NCBI RefSeq assembly: GCF_000020005.1
Contig: NC_010718.1
Coordinates: 1,761,695 to 1,785,694, forward strand
Source: Natranaerobius thermophilus JW/NM-WN-LF
GTDB taxonomy: Bacteria > Bacillota > Natranaerobiia > Natranaerobiales > Natranaerobiaceae
Direction of reading: 5' to 3'
DNA: 24,000 bases
The notes under the pieces were generated by a model that saw only the letters and a program-made list of their open reading frames with translations, was not told the DNA's origin and did not search any database. Numbering within the stretch: position 1 is the first letter of the stretch; every line of letters begins with the position of its first letter. The position numbers and the translations under genes were made by a program. Of the stretch, positions 17,093 through 24,000 are shown piece after piece.

Positions 17093-17188
17093 AGCTAAAC
17101 ACCTCCCGTTATTACTATAAGTATAATTCGTGATTCAAAACCAAAATCCTTTTTATATTAACAAACTAGAATGATAAATCTACCCCTA

Positions 17189-17827
17189 TTAGTTGTGTTC
17201 AACCACTTTAACATTGGAAGTTTGTATATTAGCGTTTTCAGAAACTATCTCTGCGATTTGCATGACCTCTGTTTCCGATAGATTTTCTGCTCTAACCACT
17301 ACATTGGCAAAACTATCTCTATAAAACAAAATGGCATCCTCAAATCCATTTGCCCTGATTAGATTTTCAATAATTAATTCTTTTTCTTTCTTAGTAACTA
17401 ATTCTAACAGTTCCTGTTCTACTTCCTGTTTTGCATCTTGACTAGTATTAGGATTATCGAGAAATTCATTCAATCTTTCTATCTCTTTTGATCTAACTCG
17501 ATCTCTTTGTAGTCTATATTCTACAAAAAAATCTTTATCATCTTCAAGTTCCCAGTCCTCAGCTTTTTCAGGTGGTAAAATATCAGAGACATCATCCAGT
17601 TCTTCATCCTTTGAAATAAATTCAGAATCGAACTCGTCTTTTTGAATCATATCATTAGACTCCTCTTTGAAACTGAATACTTCTTGGTCATCTTTTTTTA
17701 CTGCCTCATCTTTTAGGATCTCTACTTCCTCCACCTGCCGCTCTACATTTATAATCCAAAAAGCCGTTGCTATGAATAGAGCTAATACCAGCAACAGCCA
17801 TCTTCTTTTTAAATGCACAATCTTCAT
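17189..17827 (-). CDS. spoIIIAH: Stage III sporulation protein AH
   Basis: It has an N-terminal TM helix, an acidic linker, and a C-terminal YscJ/FliF-like domain (FFVEYRLQRDRVRSKEIE...ENLIRANGFEDAILFY...VVVRAENLS). It is last in the spoIIIA order. Confidence 0.92.
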   Translation of the reverse strand: MKIVHLKRRWLLLVLALFIATAFWIINVERQVEEVEILKDEAVKKDDQEVFSFKEESNDMIQKDEFDSEFISKDEELDDVSDILPPEKAEDWELEDDKDFFVEYRLQRDRVRSKEIERLNEFLDNPNTSQDAKQEVEQELLELVTKKEKELIIENLIRANGFEDAILFYRDSFANVVVRAENLSETEVMQIAEIVSENANIQTSNVKVVEHN

Positions 17828-17845
17828 AATATAGCCTCCTTTAAA

Positions 17846-18430
17846 TCAATTTTCTTTGGGTAAGATCACAATTTTATGTTCGGGTACATCAAATAAAGTA
17901 GTAGCTGCCCTTTGCAATTGCTTTTTAACATTGATATTATTTGCACCTTCTGCTACTATCACTATTCCATTTATAGAGGGTTTATATTCTTTGATCACCA
18001 TTGGTTGTTCTTGGCCTTCTTCTCTTACAGTTAATATTTCTTCCGTTGTAAATCTTTCTTCAATTTCTCGCTCCCCTTCCGCTCCATCAGCTTCTACTGT
18101 AGTAACCTGTTCCTCATCCACATTTTTGGCTAAATCCAATTCACCACTTCCTTTTAAACTGAGCATGACTTTAGTACTGCCTGCCCCTGTGACTAAAGAA
18201 AGTGCTTCTTCTAGTTCTTGTTCAAGTTGTTTTTTGTATCTATACTCTTCTGTTGATCTGTCAATTTGTTCATCCTCTGTTTCTATGTCTATGTTTTTTT
18301 CTATTTCTTGTTCATCCTTTTCCCCATTATCAATAGGATTACCCATAATTACAAAAATAAGCCCCAGTACACCCAAAACAATTAAATGGGGCGGTATTTT
18401 TTGGAATAATTCTTTTGGATTTTGAGACAC
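17846..18430 (-). CDS. spoIIIAG: Stage III sporulation protein AG
   Basis: It has an N-terminal TM helix, an acidic linker, and a C-terminal ring-building motif ending INGIVIVAEGANNINVKKQLQRAATTLFDVPEHKIVILPK. GTG start 7 nt after AGGAGG. Confidence 0.92.
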   Translation of the reverse strand: MSQNPKELFQKIPPHLIVLGVLGLIFVIMGNPIDNGEKDEQEIEKNIDIETEDEQIDRSTEEYRYKKQLEQELEEALSLVTGAGSTKVMLSLKGSGELDLAKNVDEEQVTTVEADGAEGEREIEERFTTEEILTVREEGQEQPMVIKEYKPSINGIVIVAEGANNINVKKQLQRAATTLFDVPEHKIVILPKEN

Positions 18431-18487
18431 TTTTTACCCTCCTTGTACAATGAGTTATTGAGCTAGTACATATTATGCAGTAAGCTT

Positions 18488-19198
18488 TTATTTAATTACT
18501 TCTACATCAATTAACTCTCTTTCTAAATGAAATTTTTTACTAAGTTCATATTTAAATTTTTCTTTATTTTCTTGAATATTTTTAGATAATTTTAAATCTT
18601 GGCCTTGTTGGTTTTTTTCATCTTTCCCTCCTAGTTCAGTTTTTTCAGATTTATCATCCTGTTTTTCATCATTAAGATTAATTTTAACTTCTTTAACTGG
18701 TTCTACTAATTGCCCTTCTTTGTCTTCAGAGCTTCTGTATTCTTTTTTACCATTTAATTGGGTTAAATAAACGGTCATGTTTTTTATCTCACCATAGTTA
18801 GCAGCTTCCATGTCCTCTTCATAATTAAGCTCTATATCGGAAACTTTTAGTTTTTCAAAATAATCACTGGCTAGATCCACTATCTCCTTTGAGATCATTT
18901 GTTCATATTCTTTATCAATTTCTGCGATATTTTCTTCTTTAAGTTGTCCACCCCTTTGAATGAGTTCATCTGTTTCTTCAGCAGAAGTTTCTTTTTCAAA
19001 TATATCTGGTTCTATCATGAAGTTTTCACTTTCTATAATGCTTACTATAGGATTTAGGATGATCAATACTATTAATAAACCAATTACCAATCTTACATAT
19101 CTTTGTAATTGGCCTTGTGGTAACAAAAGTTCTAAAAAAGTTGCCAGGACAATTACTACCACTATCGTTGTGATCAGTTCATTTACTGTACTCAGCAT
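18488..19198 (-). CDS. spoIIIAF: Stage III sporulation protein AF
   Basis: It has two N-terminal TM helices with the conserved FLELLLPQGQLQRYVRLVIGLL. The C-terminal domain contains a long K/E/D-rich insert. Operon order supports the call. Confidence 0.9.
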   Translation of the reverse strand: MLSTVNELITTIVVVIVLATFLELLLPQGQLQRYVRLVIGLLIVLIILNPIVSIIESENFMIEPDIFEKETSAEETDELIQRGGQLKEENIAEIDKEYEQMISKEIVDLASDYFEKLKVSDIELNYEEDMEAANYGEIKNMTVYLTQLNGKKEYRSSEDKEGQLVEPVKEVKINLNDEKQDDKSEKTELGGKDEKNQQGQDLKLSKNIQENKEKFKYELSKKFHLERELIDVEVIK

Positions 19199-19223
19199 TT
19201 CCCTTCCCCCTTTCTGTCAGACT

Positions 19224-20459
19224 TTACCCTCTTATCATCATAGATACATTAGCTGCGCCAACAATAGCAGCCATAGCTATAAAAAACATAATAGACACAG
19301 TAGCTACTCCTGCAAATACCCAGGTTAAACATTTCGACATAGTACCAAGGCTTTCGGGTATGGAAGTCTCACCTAAAGGTTCTAATAGTGAAGCGGCCAA
19401 CTTATATACAAATACAAGGGCTAAAATTTTTAATGCTGGAAATATGGTTACAAAAAAAAGTATAATTGCCCCTGCCATTGTGACACTGTTAGTTAAAACT
19501 AAGGATGCTCCCATGACAGTTTCAACAGCATCTGATAGTGCTTTACCAATCACCGGTATAAAAGAACCTGTTAAAAACTTTGCCGCTCTAATACTTATAC
19601 CATCTGCAACGGCGCCACCTACTCCCTGCAATCCCATGATTCCGATAAAGATAGTTAGAAAGAATCCAATTGCCGTAATACTGATGTTTTGGAACAAACC
19701 TGCAAGAGAAGATACCTTGAATTTGGGATTAAGGTGACTTATTACACTTAAAACTGCTGAAAAAAGTAATAATGGGAAAATCACATTATTGATCAAGGTA
19801 CTAAAAGTGTTTATTAAGAAAATTGAGATCGGATGGAAAATAGCAACTGTTGTAACTGCCCCCATAGATGCTAATAAAGTTAATAACAGCGGAACCATGG
19901 CCAAGATGATATCCACCATACTTGAAACTGCTTCTCTACCAATGTCGACAGCTAGATAAAAACTCTGTAGTGCAATAATCACTACAGCAAAGTAAATTAC
20001 GGTATGGGCAAGACGAGCAACTTTTTCATTGGCAAAGGCTCCTTGTAGAGCTGTCAACAAAGCAGCTATTACAGTTAGAACAATGACTTTTCCAAGTAAT
20101 CTGAAATTTACAATGACTTCGTGTAGAAAGAACTGTAATAGACCTGAAAATACTTGAGCTAGTGAAAAACCTTCTTCTTCACCAACTATCATATAAAATA
20201 AATCTCTAAATGATAGGTCGGGTATATATTCTGACATTTCCTGATCTAGCTCTTCCCAGTGATCCCTTAATTGATCAATTTCTGGCTGATCCATGATTTG
20301 ATCTAGCTCGTCCTCCATTTGCTCTTCCGCAGTTGTTTCACCTCCTGTATCACCACTTATTGGTGAAGGAACCAATAATATATACAAGATTATTAACAAA
20401 AGTATTATTTTTCTCTGGCGAAACTTTTTAAAGTTCATAAGCCAATAACATCCTTCCAT
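19224..20459 (-). CDS. spoIIIAE: Stage III sporulation protein AE (polytopic membrane protein)
   Basis: It has a signal-like N-terminus, an acidic segment, then about 8 TM helices typical of SpoIIIAE. The coordinates give the longest ORF. The ATG at 20438 (MNFKKFRQRK...) gives a more canonical signal peptide and may be the real start. Confidence 0.92.
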   Translation of the reverse strand: MEGCYWLMNFKKFRQRKIILLLIILYILLVPSPISGDTGGETTAEEQMEDELDQIMDQPEIDQLRDHWEELDQEMSEYIPDLSFRDLFYMIVGEEEGFSLAQVFSGLLQFFLHEVIVNFRLLGKVIVLTVIAALLTALQGAFANEKVARLAHTVIYFAVVIIALQSFYLAVDIGREAVSSMVDIILAMVPLLLTLLASMGAVTTVAIFHPISIFLINTFSTLINNVIFPLLLFSAVLSVISHLNPKFKVSSLAGLFQNISITAIGFFLTIFIGIMGLQGVGGAVADGISIRAAKFLTGSFIPVIGKALSDAVETVMGASLVLTNSVTMAGAIILFFVTIFPALKILALVFVYKLAASLLEPLGETSIPESLGTMSKCLTWVFAGVATVSIMFFIAMAAIVGAANVSMMIRG

Positions 20460-20480
20460 GATTAATTAAATCTAGAGTAT

Positions 20481-20870
20481 TTAAGAAGGTAGTAATGTTA
20501 ATACGGTCTCTAAGATCATTAAAACTAACGGTACAGCTAAAAGCATAATGGCGATTTTACCCGCTAACTCAATTTTTTTTGCAATAGTTCCCTCACCCGC
20601 GTCATTACAAACTTGAGCACCGAATTCAGTAATATAAGCTATTCCAACAATTTTCAACAATGTATCCATGTAGGCCAAGTCTAAATTAGCCTGTACAGTT
20701 AACTCTTCTAAAACTGTTAATATCGAATGTAGGGGCTCTATAACTTTTAAAAAAATCATAATTCCTGCTCCCATTGATAGTAAAATAGCTAACTCTTTGC
20801 GCTGTTGTCTTAAAATTACAATTAATACTGTTGCAATAAAACCAAAACCTACAATTTGCACTATATCCAT
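20481..20870 (-). CDS. spoIIIAD: Stage III sporulation protein AD
   Basis: MDIVQIVGFGFIATVLIVILRQQRKE... gives a 129-aa four-TM protein. I use the ATG at 20870, 7 nt after GGGGTG and 1 nt after the spoIIIAC stop, instead of the 47-nt-overlapping TTG at 20918. Confidence 0.9.
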   Translation of the reverse strand: MDIVQIVGFGFIATVLIVILRQQRKELAILLSMGAGIMIFLKVIEPLHSILTVLEELTVQANLDLAYMDTLLKIVGIAYITEFGAQVCNDAGEGTIAKKIELAGKIAIMLLAVPLVLMILETVLTLLPS

Positions 20871-20871
20871 A

Positions 20872-21078
20872 TCAATACACCCCGAATACTTGACGAACTG
20901 TTTCAAACAAATCAGCAAGTAACTGGATAATCATAAAAAGTACTATTATTACGCCAGCTAAATTTACGTAAGTTGTAACTTCTTGCCTATCCAATATATT
21001 TAAAACTGGATTTAATACTGCTAAAATCATTCCTACCCCAGCTATTTTGAACAATAAATCAATGTCCAGTTCATACAT
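20872..21078 (-). CDS. spoIIIAC: Stage III sporulation protein AC
   Basis: 68-aa two-TM protein, DLLFKIAGVGMILAVLNPVL...AGVIIVLFMII. Operon order supports the call. Confidence 0.92.
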   Translation of the reverse strand: MYELDIDLLFKIAGVGMILAVLNPVLNILDRQEVTTYVNLAGVIIVLFMIIQLLADLFETVRQVFGVY

Positions 21079-21093
21079 CAGTATACCTCCCAG

Positions 21094-21609
21094 CTACCAA
21101 ATTAGTATTACCAGCATGAGGCCTGCCAGAACACCGAGGTATCGCCACATGCGTTCATTTTTCCTTTGATCTTCCATTGCAATTTTTTGATTAGCTCTAA
21201 TATGGGAAAGACATAACTCAACTTGCTTTAACTGCTCCCCAGAATCACTTTTCCCTAAATAACTAGCAAAGTTCTCTAAGACCTGCCAATCTTCTTCATT
21301 AATGCTCAATTCATGTTGTAATTGTTGCTTAGTTTTATAGAAAGCTTCTTCAGGTGTAACACCATTATGTTTTAAGTGTTCATTAACTCTGTGAAATATT
21401 TTCCCAGCCCCTTTAGGAAATCTTCGGCCAATTTTAGATAATAATTCAGGAAGGGGTACAGCAGCATAATTAATTTCTGAGCCGGTCATTTCTAATAAAA
21501 CTTCCAATTGTCTCAATAGTTTTGGCCTCATCTTATATTTGTGTGCCACTTGATTTCCTAAGGCCATAGTTGAAAATAAAATTAATCCTGCGCCTACTAT
21601 CCTGATCAT
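21094..21609 (-). CDS. spoIIIAB: Stage III sporulation protein AB
   Basis: 171 aa with an N-terminal and a C-terminal TM helix flanking a cytoplasmic GspF-like domain. Operon order supports the call. Confidence 0.9.
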   Translation of the reverse strand: MIRIVGAGLILFSTMALGNQVAHKYKMRPKLLRQLEVLLEMTGSEINYAAVPLPELLSKIGRRFPKGAGKIFHRVNEHLKHNGVTPEEAFYKTKQQLQHELSINEEDWQVLENFASYLGKSDSGEQLKQVELCLSHIRANQKIAMEDQRKNERMWRYLGVLAGLMLVILIW

Positions 21610-21623
21610 TTCTGACCCCCCAT

Positions 21624-22592
21624 TTAGATATTTACAGTTAATTTTTTGTTTTCATTAGAGCTTTGTTTTAAAACATTTTTATTATCTCTAATTGTTTCAA
21701 TTGTTCCAGGTCCTCGTCTCCGGCTTAAAATCACCAATTTTTCAATAGCACCATCATGTAAAAGTTCTGGGATTCCTGGTCTTTTTAACAGAGTTTCATA
21801 GCTATCACCGTGTATAGACAATAATAGCTTTACTCCGGAATTCATAGCTTCTTTAACAGCATTTATATCTTCTTTTGTTCCAATTTCGTCGGTTACAATA
21901 ATTTCTGGTGACATAGCTCTTACAGCCATCATCATGCCTTTTGCCTTGGGACAGCCATCTAACACATCAGTTCGTAACCCAATTTCTTTCTGGGGAATCC
22001 CTCGAACTGATCCACTTATTTCGGATCTTTCATCTATTAACGTAATCTTAAATGTCCTATCAAAACTCTTGTTTCCAGTACTTAACAGTCTAGTTAAATC
22101 TCGTAGAATAGTGGTTTTACCACATCCAGGAGGACCTATTAATAAAGTGTTAAGAAAACTATTTATTCTCTTGTCTATTAACTTATCAACTAGTTTTTTA
22201 CCGGCTCCTTTTATTTCCCTGGCAATTCTAAAATTTATTCCAGAGACATCACGGATGGTTTGTATTTCACCACTTTTTAAATATGTTCTCCCAACTATGC
22301 CTACTCTGTGACCTCCTGTTACAGTTATAAAGCCCCTGTTGATCTCGTGTTGATATGAATATACAGAGTTTTCACTAATTAGACTCATTACTTTTTGTAA
22401 ATCATTTAGCTCTACTTGATAATTTAAAATTTCATCCTTATCTGAAAAAACCAGCATAGCTGGTCTATTAGCTCGTAAGCGAATTTCTTCCAATTTGCAT
22501 TGTTGAGAAGATCCCTTTAGATAATTTTTAATTTTCTCTTGTAATTGAGCTGGAAAATATTTTTCTAAAAGCTTAGTAAACCATTCTTCCAA
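21624..22592 (-). CDS. spoIIIAA: Stage III sporulation protein AA (secretion-type AAA ATPase)
   Basis: It has Walker A GPPGCGKTT and Walker B IIVTDEIG, plus EIRLRANRP and GGHRVGIVG motifs. TTG start 6 nt after GGAGGAG. Confidence 0.94.
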   Translation of the reverse strand: MEEWFTKLLEKYFPAQLQEKIKNYLKGSSQQCKLEEIRLRANRPAMLVFSDKDEILNYQVELNDLQKVMSLISENSVYSYQHEINRGFITVTGGHRVGIVGRTYLKSGEIQTIRDVSGINFRIAREIKGAGKKLVDKLIDKRINSFLNTLLIGPPGCGKTTILRDLTRLLSTGNKSFDRTFKITLIDERSEISGSVRGIPQKEIGLRTDVLDGCPKAKGMMMAVRAMSPEIIVTDEIGTKEDINAVKEAMNSGVKLLLSIHGDSYETLLKRPGIPELLHDGAIEKLVILSRRRGPGTIETIRDNKNVLKQSSNENKKLTVNI

Positions 22593-22690
22593 AATAGACT
22601 CCTCCTTTCTGTTTATAACTATTTAGCTAGTCCTACATTTATGCAATCGAGTAGGAGGTAGATAATTATTTTATCTACCGACCTCTCACA

Positions 22691-22720
22691 CCACCGAGCA
22701 AACCGTTCGGTACACGGCGG
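22691..22720 (-). ncRNA. Group II intron domain V (catalytic hairpin)
   Basis: The minus strand reads CCGCCGUGU-ACC-GAAC-GGU-UU-GCUCGGUGG. This gives a 9-position lower helix with a G.U at the triad position (CGC triad), a 2-nt bulge on the 3' strand, and a short upper helix with a 4-nt loop. The layout is the same as canonical DV (GAGCCGUAU...GUACGGUUC). Confidence 0.7.
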
Positions 22721-22728
22721 TTCCTAGT

Positions 22729-24000
22729 TTACGCTTTAACTTGTCGATAATATTCCGAAAAGAATAGGAAACCAAATCCTTTGATTACATCATTTCCAAG
22801 GGATTTGGATAAGACGGGGCTATTGGAAATTCTCCAGTAGCCCTTTCTTGTGTTTGCATATTCCCATGCTTTGTATTTATTGGCTCCAAAGAACTTGAGC
22901 ATTTTAAATTTTGTTCTCACTTTCTTCCATTGTTTCCAGTAAATCATGCGAATACGCCTTCTCATCCAACTGTCAGTATTTATTAACAGATTCTTCATAT
23001 CAGCTGGTTTAAAGTAGTTAACCCAACCCATAATGTATCGGCTAAGTTTCTTTGCTCTGGCTTCGTTGCTTATTCCATAACTTCTAGATGTGAGTTCTTT
23101 TATTCTCGTTCTCATCTTTGTAACTGATTTAAGATGAACTCTTAATCTGGCTTTTCCTTTATGTCTGTAAAAGCCAAACCCAAGAAATCTTACCTTTCCT
23201 ACATAGGCAACTACAGTTTTATCTTTATTTACTTTGAGAAATAGTTTATTTTCGATGAAGGGTAGTATGTTCTTCAAGGTGCGTCCGGCACTTCTTCTGC
23301 TTTTACAAAAGATTAGCAGGTCGTCCGCATAGCGGACGAATTCGTGCCCCCTTTTCTCAAGTTCTTTATCCAATTCGTGGAGCATTATGTTACTGAGGAT
23401 AGGGCTAAGAGGCCCGCCCTGGGGCACGCCAACTTCTGTATCCTTATAGGTGTGTTTGATCATTACTCCTGCTCTTAGATATTTGTTGATAAGAGATATT
23501 ACTCGACCGTCTTTTATTGTCTTAGATAGCACTTCTATCAATTTGCTCTGGTTTACTGTGTCAAAGTATTTCTCCAAGTCCATATCTACTACATATTTGT
23601 ATCCTTCATTTATGTTTTGTTGACTTTTCTTAATTGCATCATGAGTACTGCGTCCAGGGCGAAAACCATAGCTGTTATCTGAGAATTGCTCCTCATATAT
23701 TGGAGATAGTACTTGGGCTATTGCTTGTTGGATTACCCTGTCTACCACTGTAGGTATGCCTAATTTTCTTTTCTTCCCATCTTCTTTAGGTATCTCTACC
23801 CTTCTGACGGGATTAGGGCGGTATTTACCGTCCAGGACTCTTTGCCTGAGGTGGTCCCCGTTTTCTTTGAGATATTGTAGAAGTTCATCTACTCCCATCC
23901 CATCAATCCCGTGAGAGCCTTTGTTGGATTTTATTTTCTTGAATGCTTTATTCATGTTGTCTCTATCCAAAATTTCCTCTAGCAAATTCCCCTTCGACAA
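22729..24000 (-). CDS. Group II intron reverse transcriptase/maturase (no HNH endonuclease domain), N-terminus at or just beyond the window edge
   Basis: It has KSNKGSHGIDGM (RT0), RKLGIPTVVDRVIQQA, YGFRPGRSTHDA, PQGGPLSPILSNI and FVRYADDLLIF (YADD, RT5). The maturase X domain has GWVNYF. It ends after about 420 aa without an En domain. The ORF is open to position 24000. Confidence 0.93.
   Translation of the reverse strand: MSKGNLLEEILDRDNMNKAFKKIKSNKGSHGIDGMGVDELLQYLKENGDHLRQRVLDGKYRPNPVRRVEIPKEDGKKRKLGIPTVVDRVIQQAIAQVLSPIYEEQFSDNSYGFRPGRSTHDAIKKSQQNINEGYKYVVDMDLEKYFDTVNQSKLIEVLSKTIKDGRVISLINKYLRAGVMIKHTYKDTEVGVPQGGPLSPILSNIMLHELDKELEKRGHEFVRYADDLLIFCKSRRSAGRTLKNILPFIENKLFLKVNKDKTVVAYVGKVRFLGFGFYRHKGKARLRVHLKSVTKMRTRIKELTSRSYGISNEARAKKLSRYIMGWVNYFKPADMKNLLINTDSWMRRRIRMIYWKQWKKVRTKFKMLKFFGANKYKAWEYANTRKGYWRISNSPVLSKSLGNDVIKGFGFLFFSEYYRQVKA

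Larger units (their letters stand above)
22651..24000 (-). mobile_element. Group II intron, 3' portion (RT/maturase ORF in domain IV, domain V, domain VI); the 5' part lies beyond the window
   Basis: The RT/maturase ORF is followed 8 nt after its stop by a domain-V-like hairpin and a domain-VI-like hairpin. GC content is locally higher than in flanking DNA. The 3' boundary (about 22651, intron ending ...CCTCCTAC) is a hand estimate, +/- about 10 nt. Confidence 0.85.

Noticed and set aside
17856-18425. A 189-aa plus-strand ORF spanning almost all of spoIIIAG in antisense.
   Set aside because: Its translation is Ser/Cys/Phe-rich low complexity (SSSSCSSCFLYLYSS...). That is what results from reading a GAA/GAG/AAA-rich acidic gene backwards. 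It has no RBS and no recognisable domain, while spoIIIAG on the other strand has clear homology and an AGGAGG RBS.
18488-18800. K/E/D-rich low-complexity insert in the C-terminal half of SpoIIIAF, with similar acidic linkers in SpoIIIAG, SpoIIIAH and SpoIIIAE.
   Set aside because: This probably reflects lineage-wide compositional bias (an acidic proteome) in disordered linkers rather than a distinct functional module. It cannot be evaluated without homolog alignments.
20871-20918. A longer spoIIIAD start (TTG at 20918), and likewise a longer xseB start (ATG at 12264).
   Set aside because: The extensions overlap the preceding gene by 47 nt and 29 nt and add non-conserved residues. The internal ATGs at 20870 and 12249 have well-spaced SD sequences and give the N-termini expected for these families.
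1-24000. Search for CRISPR arrays, tRNA/rRNA genes, toxin-antitoxin pairs, defence islands or prophage remnants.
   Set aside because: I saw no spaced identical repeats beyond the single 17-bp duplication, no cloverleaf-capable GC-rich segments in intergenic DNA, and no small paired ORFs. Apart from the intron, every ORF fits the conserved sporulation and housekeeping synteny.

Overview
All supported genes are on the minus strand. This is a low-GC chromosomal segment from an endospore-forming Firmicute with Clostridia-type gene order. Many proteins look acidic, which suggests a halophile, but that is inference only.

Transcription order (right to left):
- the 3' part of a group II intron, with its RT/maturase ORF running off the right edge
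- spoIIIAA-AB-AC-AD-AE-AF-AG-AH
- asp23, amaP, a DUF2273 gene
- nusB, then a TsaD/Kae1-like paralog
- folD, xseA, xseB, ispA
- a DUF212 (YuiD-like) gene and a DUF21-like membrane protein
- dxs, tlyA, nadK, recN
- spoIVB, spo0A
- a small transglutaminase-like gene
- a steA-like gene and an mctB-like gene that runs off the left edge

Most starts have clear Shine-Dalgarno sites, and several use TTG or GTG. Several gene pairs overlap in a way that suggests translational coupling (tlyA/nadK, xseA/xseB, folD/xseA, dxs/tlyA). Three clean rho-independent terminators divide the left third into short units: recN end, spoIVB alone, and the transglutaminase-like gene. I saw no tRNA, rRNA, CRISPR array, toxin or defence-type cassette.

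This is mainly a conserved core sporulation and housekeeping locus, and I do not see convincing evidence for a new multi-gene system. The points worth a second look are:
- the group II intron 58 nt upstream of spoIIIAA, with a CGC-type domain V
- the self-contained transglutaminase-like gene between spo0A and steA
- a 17-bp tandem repeat upstream of steA
- the divergent TsaD paralog embedded between nusB and folD
- a Spo0A box overlapping a sigma-H-like -10 upstream of spo0A
- the tlyA-nadK-recN...steA-mctB synteny interrupted by spoIVB-spo0A
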